A DNA stretch of 64,000 nt, from positions 16,430,001 to 16,494,000 of the forward strand of contig JBHGNT010000004.1 of the NCBI GenBank assembly GCA_043228905.1. The letters run 5' to 3'. Position 1 is the first letter of the stretch. Each line of letters opens with the position of its first letter. The DNA is from Azolla caroliniana (Eukaryota > Plantae > Polypodiophyta). Below, piece after piece: positions 12,570-22,759 of this stretch. The position numbers were made by a program, and so were the translations under genes. The notes below the pieces were generated by a model that saw only the letters and a list, made by a program, of their open reading frames with translations, did no database searches and was not told where the DNA came from.

Positions 12570-13919
12570 TGTTAATAATTAGGTAATTAACTAAGGGTTA
12601 ATTAGTAGCTAATTATGTAAGTAATTAATCACGTATGTGATAAGCAACGAAAGATTATGTCATATGTGTGTGAGAGGAAGAGAGAGAGGAAGATACACTT
12701 ATGAACAATAAGATAAATGGGGGATGATTAACAAGACTGTCGCTAAAGACCTTTCTCTGTATTAATAAGCATCAAGTTACAAAAATACCCGCGATGAGGT
12801 ATATATTAATCTCATGTGCAAGGGTTCACATGTGTGAGGAGAATATAGGTACAAGGATGTAGGTCCTATATTAAATGCACTTGGTAGTGGAGGATCTAGA
12901 ATGTATCCCCACTTACGTACAAGTACAAGATCCTTTTTAAGGGTTTAAAGTCAACACACTAACTAGATTCTATCTAGGTAACTACTAAGTTACATGGTTA
13001 ACTAAATAGATAAACTTAGTTGAGCTTGATATCTCAACACGCCCCCTCAAGCTCAAGTGTGAGGCATCCGACATTCGGTTTTGCTTTCAGCATTGTCTTG
13101 CTTTCGATGTCAGTTTTTGTTCGGCTTTCATGGCATTTTTGGTTCCTCCCCCTCAAGCTTGTGATAAAGGCTTGTAGCACGAAATGGTCGATGGCCGAGT
13201 TCTTGCATCTCTACATCCATAGATGCTAACCATCGGGGGTCACGAGCACCTTCTATAAACCTTTCCAGCTCTTGTTCGGTCGTGACCTTCATCGCGAAGG
13301 CATAATGATGGGCCATATACCGGTTCTTCTCTCGAGATGAGCGTCAGAGTTTTTCGTTTGCCGATGTGAGCGCCTTTTGTACTCCAGGTTCCGCATAATG
13401 GGTACACAAAACTCATTGTGTAATGAGTGAGCTGACACATCCGAATCACTATCCTTGAGGTGGTCGACTTCATATTCGAGCATCTTACCTTTGCCTTTGT
13501 CCAATTTTGGACTTGGATGTTCTTTGGTCTCTTGAGGGCCCATGTGGTTCACTTAGCTCGATAGAGCTTGGATTGTCCTTTGGTAAAGTATTTTTCCGAA
13601 TATCGGCATCCGAATTGATGACCCAACATTCCTCGGTCGGTTTGGATGGAGCCAAATCAGGCTCATACCATGATGCCGATTCGTCGAACACTACGTCCTG
13701 ACTCACCCGAACTGTTCGGGTTGAGGGGTTAAAGCACTTGTATCCCTTTTTCTCGGATGCGTATCCTACGAGGTTACATTTCTCCAACTTCGCGTCGAGC
13801 TTTTGTCATTTTTCGTTCGGGATGCGTACATCTGCAATCCTTCCGAACACTTTGAGGTTTGGATGGATCGGCTTCCAACCAACAAAGGTCTCGTATGGAG
13901 TTACCTCATGTACTCCATT
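12570..13919 (-). mobile_element. RT-less Copia derivative, copy A, 3' part (3' LTR 12570-13039, PPT, integrase C-terminus)
   Basis: LTR homologous to 19710-20143, 33270-33703 and 41255-41680; PPT TTGAGGGGGCG; KCNLVGY...VVFDE; no RT before the PPT. Confidence 0.88.
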
Positions 13920-14810
13920 TGTTAGAGTTACGATCTAATGTAAGCATATGAATCCAAGGATAAAACATACATAGATAGAAAGGAGAGAGAGAAAGAAGGG
14001 TGTCGATCCACCCGACAACCCCCGAGCGAAGGGATCAAGACGGACTCGAACCTCGATCAGCGTCCCATACCACTTTCGTGGCATCGAGTCATACATGGTG
14101 CTGGCACGCTCACTACAAGAGTTGACCCACCACGAAACAAAGTCTCGACATAGTCAAGATCTGATGAAATGAGGGTAGCTAGGCCTTATATTTATAGCGA
14201 TATCCAAGGCCCCCAAGCAAGTTCACACTTGGAATAATGGGCTCTCATGCCACTACAACCTCCCACCGGTTACCGAGTTGACTACCACCGAAATGCCGAA
14301 GAAGTCATTCTTTAAGAAATCCAAACCCTAAAATATCTCGAGTAAAAAGTAGAATACTAGAAGCAAAACTCTCAAACCCTAAACTACTAATTCCCCTAGT
14401 ATGTTGAGGAGAAAAGAAGAAAAGTAGAAAGAAGATGCTCTCAAACCCAACCCTAGAAGGAAAAGATGAAAGAGAAAGTGATAAGGAGAAAGGGAGGCTA
14501 ACAAACCCTAACCCTAGAAGAAGAGGAGAAGAAGATGAAACCCTAGTGGTACACCCCTAAGAAAAAATGGGCGGCCTCATAATAAGCCCTATTCCTCCCC
14601 TCTTATAGAGGAAAGAGGAGCTTATTTTAACATTACATGCTTCTTCTTCTTCTTCTTTTCCTTTCACAAAATTGAACGGGGAGCAAAAATACTCCTTAAT
14701 TTGTAGGAAGTGAGACTTGAACTCTACACCTCTCTACATATACTTATACACCTTAATCACTAACTACTACAAGTTACTTATTATTATTATTTATATTTTA
14801 TGTATTATTT
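13920..14810 (-). mobile_element. 3' LTR (13920-14257, related to the chromovirus LTR) with PPT and a non-coding internal region
   Basis: R/U5 similar to 3200-3520; minus-strand start TGTAGTGGCATG preceded by GGTGGGAGG; repeated AAACCCTA in the internal part. Confidence 0.7.
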
Positions 14811-15062
14811 CATCAGATGTGCGTGGAACTTCGCATTTTCTCACATTGCACATGCCACACCACGACATCCACCCCCAGCAAACCGCACATCCTCTGGCAT
14901 GTGCCAAAGAAAAAAGTGATGTGGCGGGGCCAAAGGTTGTGACCATTTGTTTTTCTGTTTTTTTCTTCTTCATTGCACCTTGCCCTCATGAAATCCACCA
15001 TCGTCTTTGACATCATCTCCATGAAATCTTCTTCGTCTGTGTCCGTCCTCCCATACCGCTCT

Positions 15063-15080
15063 TTCACGTCGGATTCACCA
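15063..15080 (-). promoter_or_regulatory. PBS for tRNA-Trp, next to a short LTR remnant (~15082-15140)
   Basis: Plus strand TTCACGTCGGATTCACCA resembles the plant tRNA-Trp 3' end (recalled as TTCACGTCGGGTTCACCA); followed by TGTCACG. Confidence 0.7.
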
Positions 15081-15140
15081 ATGTCACGAAGTTTCGCGTA
15101 CGTGTGTCGCTCAAACGGGACCGTCGGGGCCTTGGAATAA

Positions 15141-18087
15141 CTTTCCTTGCATGATCAACACTATCACACCATACACATCTATATGGGTCTTTCCCCTTCG
15201 GCCCTCTACGAATCCTATTAGCTAACGAAACCGCTTCGAATTTTCGTTCCAACTCTTCAATGACAGTTCTCCATCGCTCTTTCGGTTGGCTCGCGTTGCT
15301 TTGTCATATCCGTTGCTATTGGAGCATTCCTTCTTTGGACTACCGGGCCCACCATTTCGGAATCATCTAGCCATCGACGACGTTTGTTAAATCGATCACA
15401 TGCTCTTCATGCCGCAACCCAATCCATTATGAGACCATTGGGTTGTGCGGCATCCTCTAATAGACTACCTAGTTCTCGTCTATCTTTTGCATCCACCACC
15501 TTTAAGAAGTACAAAACTTTATCTCCTTCGAGAAGTGTTTGGTCGGTTCTCAGGAGACGGTTGTACATTTGGTCAAATTCGGTGTACACTCCCGATGTTA
15601 TCATGTTCTTCCCCTTCTTCTCGATCCACTTCATCAACGTATGATGAGTCATCCTCGACGCATCTTCAAGAATATATTCAGACAAAAGCTCCCTTTCAAA
15701 TCCTACCCATGTTGTTTGGGCGGCTTGAATCTCCCTTATACGACCGTGTAACCCAATAGCTATGACACGCTTGAAGCTTGATATTTGCTTCTCTTCGATG
15801 ACATCACGTTGTTGCATCTCCGTCTTGTATGTAGTGAGAAAATCCGTAATGTTTCTTCCACCAAATTGGCCTACTATCTCAACGGTTCGGTCGATGGCCT
15901 TGTCTAAGCTTGCATCATTATCTCAAGCTCTCATCATATGCTCGACAATAGCTACCAACTTTGCCACTTCATCAGCTTGGGTATTTGACGAAGAAGCCAT
16001 TTTCTAATCTTCTATTTCAAGCACTTGATCCTTCCTACCGCATCTTCACGTCAGGTTCACCACTTAGATATGTCGTGAAAATCCAACACTATGTGCGGAT
16101 TGTGAGCCGGAACCACCGGGGTTATGGACAGGAAGGAAATAGGGCTCACACCCACAACACAAGGAAGGTTTACACAAACAAGGCACGAGTATTCGAACAT
16201 GTTTGTGAAAAAGAGAGGTGCATGGGCAAGCCCGAATCAACCCCTAGTCACAAGGAGAATGAATGCATGTGGGGAAGGCTTACACATGGACACACAAGGA
16301 AAAGGCGTACTTACACACAAGAGAGACAAAATTTCGAATGCCTTTGTGAAAAGAGAGGTGCATGGGCAAGCCAGAACGCTCCCTTGTTACAAGACAGGCC
16401 AACACACAAGGAAAAGGCTTACTTACACACACGAGAGAAAGAGTTTCGAATGCCTTTGTGAAAAGAGAGGTGCATGAGCTAGCCCAAACGCTCCCTTGTT
16501 ACAAGACACGCGAACACACAAGGAAAAGTCTTACTTACACACACGAGAGATAGAGTTTCGAATGCCTTTTGTGAAAAGAGAGGTGCATGGGCAAGCCTGA
16601 ATGCTCCCTTGTTACAAGACACGTGAACACACAAGCAAGGTTTACACACGGGAGACACAATTTCGAATGCCTTTGTGAAAGGAGAGGTGCATGGGCAAGC
16701 CCGAATGCTCCCTTGCCACAAGTCGCATGAACACACAAGCAAGGTTTACACACGGAAGACACCATTTTGAACGCCTTTGTGAAAGGAGAGGTGCATGGGC
16801 AAGCCCGAACGCTCCCTGGCCACAAGTCGCACAAACACCCAAGCAAGGTTTACACATGGGAGACACAATTTCTAACGTCTTTGGGAAAGGAGAGGTGCAT
16901 GGGCAAGCCCGAACGCTCCCTTGCCACAAGTCACACGAACACACAAGAAATATTTACACTAACACGCAAGACACGATTTCAAACGCCTTTGTGAAAGGAG
17001 AGGTGCATGGGCAAGCCCGAACGCTCCCTTGTCACAAGTCGCACGAACACACAAGCAATATTTACACTAACATGAAAGACACATAAGTTTGAATGCCTTT
17101 GTGAAAGGAGAGGTGCATGGGCAAGCCCGAAACGCTCCCTTGTCACAAGACACACAAACAAATAAGCACAAAGGACGATAACATATAAGACACATAGGTT
17201 TGAATGCGCTTGTGAAAGGAGAGGTGCATGGGCAAGCCCGAAACGCTCCCTTGTCACAAGACACGCAAACAAATAAGCACAAAGGACGATAACATATAAG
17301 ACATGTAGGTTTGAATGTGTTTGTGAAAGGAGAGGTGCATGGGCAAGCCCGAAACGCTCCCTTCTCACAAGACACACAAACAAATAAGCACAATCAATAT
17401 TTACACATAAGACAAGTAGATGAAAGAAAACATTAGTTTATATCAATATAATAGATTCTTTTATAATATAAGAATCATGTTACAATGGGTTGGATGCGAA
17501 TATGAAGGATTGTTTATAAAGGAATGGGGGAAGAGAAGTGGAGGAAAGAAGAGAGTGGAGTATAGAAGGAGTTTCTTTGTTGATGATGCCTCTCGATGTT
17601 GTTGATCCTTCTTCTTCCTCTTTCCAATTGAGTAGAGCTTCCTTGTTCCTTCTCCCTCCCCCCCTTCTTCACTAGAATAGGCTCTTATTTAAAGGTTTAG
17701 GATTGCTTGCCTTTTTCCCCTTAAAAAAAGCTTGTCTATATTAGTCGACTTTTATTTTCCTCGCTATTTCTGTTTTCTAGCCTCCAATTTCACATGCAAG
17801 ATATTCTTGGAAATCTCTTTACGTTAGCTTTCTTATGCTTCTTTTCTTTTCTAATTTGGACATTTGACGAGGAAATTATGAGCTTTTTACTCGACCTTGC
17901 TCCTCATATCCACGGCTAGCTTTTCTTTTCCCATCTTTTTCTCTATTTTTGTCTACTTTCGAAAACCTCTTCTAACTTTTTATCCTTTCATTTATTACTA
18001 TAGTTGACTTAAGAAAATTAGTTTATTTGGACCACTATTTTATTCTCTTTTGAGGTTGGTTTCACACTATGTGTCAAAAACATCACA
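15141..18087 (-). mobile_element. Truncated Gypsy-like element: ~2-kb 5' LTR (~16071-18087), tRNA-Trp PBS (16045-16062), degenerate gag
   Basis: TTCACGTCAGGTTCACCA; gag-like ORF 15407-15817; knuckle-like CVWCDSVDH; Copia sequence resumes after ...CATCACA at 18087. Confidence 0.75.
16150..17410. repeat. Tandem array of ~11 units (mostly 104-113 bp) inside the LTR
   Basis: Core TTTGTGAAAGGAGAGGTGCATGGGCAAGCCCGAA(A)CGCTCCCTTGTCACAAG recurs at about 16215, 16356, 16467, 16580, 16684, 16788, 16892, 17000, 17110, 17221 and 17332. Confidence 0.95.
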
Positions 18088-19709
18088 ATAGCGGGAGTAG
18101 TCATCGATGAAGGTGACGTGGTAATGACATCCTTCGATCGTCGGCGTTTGAGCCGGTCCCCGTACATCCGAGTGGATCATGTCGAGGAGACGTTTACTTA
18201 TGTAGCTCTCCTTTTAGGAATGGGAGTCGATGTTGTTTACTGATTTGACATGCTTCACACACTCGGTCGACTTGTTTCGACTCGAAGACCGGATGTGTGA
18301 TGACGACTCCCTTTGATTGCATCTCTTGAAGCCATTGGAGGTTGATGTGGCCGATTCTCTTGTGCCACAACTCGATGTTCGTCTTGGTTTTGACACCTTT
18401 GGCATACATGGCCGATTTCACCTCCTTCGAATCGAGAATGAACATTTGGTTGTCTCTCCATCCCCTAGTTGTGAGCCGGCCATCTTTTTCTATAAAGTAT
18501 CCTTTGTTGTTGAAATGAACTTGCATTCCTTGCTCCACGATTTGGCTGACTGAGACCAAATTCTTTGTTATTGTAGGCACGTGCAAGACTTTCTTAATGT
18601 AATTGTTTTTGCCGGCATTCCCAAATGGAATGTTGCCGATGTGCCGAATGGGATGTGTGGTGTGTTCTCCCGTCTCAATGTCATTGGGTCGATCCAGCAT
18701 TCTTAAGTCAAGAAACCACTCTTGTTGTGACGTCATATGATGTGAGGTGCCGGAGTCGAGGAACTACACGTCTTTCTAGTTGGAGGTGCTTGTGGATTCG
18801 GATTCCACCATAGTCGTGGTATTCGGAGTTCGTGGCATAGTTTGTGAGTTGTCGGCTTGTGGAAGCCGACTCACGCTTCTTCTATTGGCACTCCTCTTTG
18901 TGATAATCGATCTTCCCACAATAGTTGCAAGTAAGTGGCATGGTTTTCTGACCTTGTTCGGTATGGAAGCTCCACCTTCTTACGAAGGTTCCTCGATGGC
19001 TTCCATCTTCTTGTCGAAGGTTTGAGTTCCCTTCGTGAGATGGATCAAATCGACCTCTTCTATTGCCATGACCTCGTCCTCGGCCACCATCCAAATTCGA
19101 GAAGAACAATTATCCTTCCAACGTCTTGGTCTTGGTTAGGATGTCGTTCTCTTCAACCAATAACATTGATTGAAGGTCGACGAACGAAGGAGGGTTTTCT
19201 CTCACCAAGATAGTCATCCTTATTGGGTTGAACCATTGTGTGAGGCCGCCCAAGCACGCTTGCACCATTTCGTCCTCTTCAATTTTTATGTTGATGGATT
19301 TAAGTGAGGCACAAATGCTCTTGATCTTGGCGGTGTAGTCTAATACAGACATATCTTTTTGTTTAATCTTGTTCAACTCTGTTGGCGGCGAAGATTTTCT
19401 TCAAGTTCTCCCACGCTTTTTTAGGAGTCTTGGCGTCTCGAATGTGGCTAAGGATGTGATCCTGGACACATGTTGCCAAGGTAATACATTACCCAACTTG
19501 CTCCTTCCTCCCACGTTGGGTAGTTGGCATTTGTGATGTTGGGTTGTTTTTGAATGCACCATTGAGGTAGCTCCAATACCCTTGGCCGACGAGGTGTTGG
19601 TTCATCTTGTACTCCCAAGATAAATAATTGCTCCGGTCTAGCCTTTCACTAAGGAGTGAGCTACCCATTTGTGTGTTCATGTTGATGTAGTGTCTTCCTT
19701 TTTGGTTTT
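18088..19709 (-). mobile_element. RT-less Copia family 5' part (gag, PR, GAG-pre-integrase), probably the rest of copy A
   Basis: MNTQMGSSLLSERLDRSNY; CNYCGKIDY; DSGTSHHMTS; LWHKRIGH; FIDDYSR. Confidence 0.88.
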
Positions 19710-21979
19710 TGTTAAGAATTAGGCAATTAACTATGGGTTAATTAGTACCTAATTATGTGATTAAGCTAAGCGGAAGATTAAGTGATATGTGTATGTATGT
19801 GTGTGAGAGGAAGAGAGAGAAGAATTTAACACTATGAACAACGACACAAAATGGGGGATGATTAACTATACTAAAAGCATCATCAAATACAAAAATACCC
19901 ACAATGAGGTATATATACATCTCATGTGCAAAGGTGCACATGTGTGAGTAGAATATAGGTACAACCCTGTAAGTCCTATATTAAATGAACATGGGAGTGG
20001 AGGATCTACAATGTATCCCACTCAAGTACAAAATCCTATTTAAGGCTTTAAGGTCAACACATTAACTAGATTCTATCTAGGTAACTACTAAGTTACGCAT
20101 GTTGACTAAACGACTAAACTAAGTTGAGCTTGATATCTCAACACGCCCCCTCAAGCTCAAGTGTGAGCCGTCCAACATCCGGTTTTGCTTTCGATGTCAG
20201 CTTTTGTGTGGCTTTCAGCGTCGGTATTTTCGTGGCAGTTTCAGTTCCTCCCCCTCAAGCATGTGACGAAGGCTTGGGTCGACTGCTTTCACCCATCGTG
20301 GGTCACAACCCACTTCTGTAGAGCTCTCGGCCTCTTATTCAGCCGCTAGCTTCATCGTGAAGGCATATGATGGGTCATGTACTCATTGTAGCCGAGCCGA
20401 GCGAGAGGATTCTTCTATCTAAAAGAGCGTCGAAGTTTTTTGCTTGCCGATGTGAGCGCCTTCTTTACTTTGGGTGTTCGTGTGATGGGTACACCAAACT
20501 CATTGTCTAATGAGCAAGCCAACGCATCTGAATCATTGTCGTCGGGGTGATCGACTTCGTATTTGAGCATCTTACCTTTGCCTTTGTCCAAGTTTGGACT
20601 TGGCCGCGACGTGGTTTGGTTGCGTGAAGGCTCATGTTGGCCACTTAGCTTGGTAGAGCTTGGATTGTCCTTTGGTAAAGGACTTGGCTGAATATCGTCC
20701 TCCGATTTGACGTTCAACTCTTCCTCGGTCGGGTTGGGTGTAGCCGAATCAGGCTTATACCAAGATGCCGATTCATCGAAGACTACGTCTTGACTCACCC
20801 GAACTGCTCAGGTCGAGGGGTTAAAGCACTTGTATGCCTTCTTCTCGGACGAGTATCCTACGAGGATACACTTCGGGCTTCTGTTGGTTGTCGTTCGGGA
20901 TGTGTACATTCGCAATGCTTCCGAACACTTTGAGGTACGACAAGATCGGTTTCCTTCCAACAAGGAGCTGGTATGGAATTAGCTCATGCACTCCATTAGT
21001 AGTGCATCGATTCATGAGATAGACGGCCATGGATGCCGCTTCAGCCCAATAGAAGTTCGCCATGTGCTTCTCATGCATCATGGTGTGTCCTACCTCGAGT
21101 ATTTTCTGATTCTTCCTGTCAGCGACTCCATTTTGTTGGGGTGTGTGTCGGCATGAGAATTCTCTCCGAATGCCTTCACCTTGGAGGTAGGAGATGAATT
21201 TGTCAGAGAAGTACTCCTTTCCTCCATCCGATCGTAGGCAATCAAATGTGCCGACTGGTTTCTTTTTCGACTTGGCCCTTGAGCTTTTGGAAGTGTGAGA
21301 GCACTTCGCTCTTCTTCTTCATCAGAAAGATCCACGTGTAGCGGGACTAGTCGTCGATGAAGGTGATGTAGTATCGGCATCTGCCGATCGTCGGCATTTC
21401 AGTCGGTCCCCATACATCCGAGTGTATGACGTCGAGGAAGCCTTTGCTTGCGGAGCTCTCTTTCAGGAATGGGAGTCGATGTTTTTTGCCGAGTTGATAC
21501 GCTTCGCATACTCGGTCGACTCGAATGTCGGAAGTCCGCTGACAACCTCCTTTGTTTGCATAGCTTGGAGCCGTTGGAGGTTGATGTGGCCGATTCTCTT
21601 GTGCCACAACTCGATGCTTGTCTCGGTTTTGAGACCTTTGGCATACACGGACGATTTCACCTCGTTTGAATCGAGAATGAACATTCGACCTTCTCTCCGT
21701 CCCTTAGCTATGAGTCTGCCATCTTTTTCGATGAAGCATCCTTCATTGTTGAAACGAACTTGCATTCCTTGCACCACAATTTGGCCAACTGAGACCAAAT
21801 TCTTTGTTGTTAATCCTTAGGGACGAACAATGGCCTAACACAGGGTGTCTACAAAAGACACTTCACCAAAGGGGTGTTACGGCGAGATAACTTAAGACAC
21901 AACGATTAATTAGACTTAATTGGATACTTAGCAATATGGCATTAACTTAATACACGCGTAAGATATAACAATTAATACA

Positions 21980-22369
21980 TGTTGGCCGGTCAGAAGAGCA
22001 AGGACAAGTGGGAAGGCGGAGTCGGATCGGATAATAGGAAGTAAATAATAGTAGAATTATTATTCGGAGGGACGGATCCGGTACAGTTGTACCGATCCGG
22101 ATCCGGACCGATTCGGATGTCGGTTGCCTAAGCGCACCGATTGTAACCTTGCCGGATGCCTATAAAAGGATCTGATGAATTGTAAAGGGTTTGATGGAAG
22201 TAATACAATAGTAATTATTGCGTGTTTATCTGTATCTTCGTATTGTTTACCGTCTGTGCTTAATCGTAATCATCTTACGCGTGTAACCTAGCATCCAATC
22301 CTTACCACCCCTTTGGAGAAGTGTCGGATAGACACCTGTGTTGAGGCTAGTCCGGCCAAGCAGACAACA
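21980..22369 (+). mobile_element. Solo LTR nested within the Gypsy 3' LTR
   Basis: TGTTGG...ACAACA with TSD ATACA (21975-21979, 22370-22374); absent from the partner LTR; TATA-like CCTATAAAAGG. Confidence 0.92.
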
Positions 22370-22654
22370 ATACAGAATGGTAATCAATACGTGAAGATAA
22401 AACAAGAAGCTTATATTAATTCTCCATTAAAGTTTTACATTGTAACCGGGCCTTTATATAGGTCACCGGTACTGCGTACAAAACGGTGCCAACCGGCACC
22501 TGTTCGGAACCGGTCCGGATCCGGATCGGCATACCGATTCCAGTCCGTCCGTTCACTACTTAATTATAATCTATTCTACTTAATTAAAATAGATTCCAAA
22601 TAACAATCCCTTTCACATTCTGGTCTTTAACTCCTTTGTTGGCCGGGTAACACA

Positions 22655-22695
22655 TGGCACGCCCGTGGGACAGTACCTTGTACGTCGAATCCCAC
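22655..22695 (-). other. tRNA-Arg 3'-half-like hairpin ending in CCA at the position normally held by the PPT
   Basis: Minus strand GTGGGATTCGACGTACAAGGTACTGTCCCACGGGCGTGCCA, 2 nt before the LTR TG; homologue at 37601-37640. Confidence 0.75.
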
Positions 22696-22759
22696 TATCC
22701 GGCCCTTAGCCTTCGTCCAAAATATCCAGAATACTCTGCTCCAGGGTATCCAATGGTTC

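Noticed and set aside
14125-14185. Hammerhead-like GAAAC...GTC...CTGATGA in an LTR (retrozyme?)
   Set aside because: Antisense to the LTR, stems II and III are poor, and the core is missing from the sister LTRs at 3061 and 9230 and only partial near 62500.
16150-17410. CRISPR-like array or tandem hammerhead ribozymes (GGGC-AA-GCCC-GAAAC)
   Set aside because: The spacers are homologous to each other, the context is a eukaryotic LTR, and the CUGAUGA core is absent.
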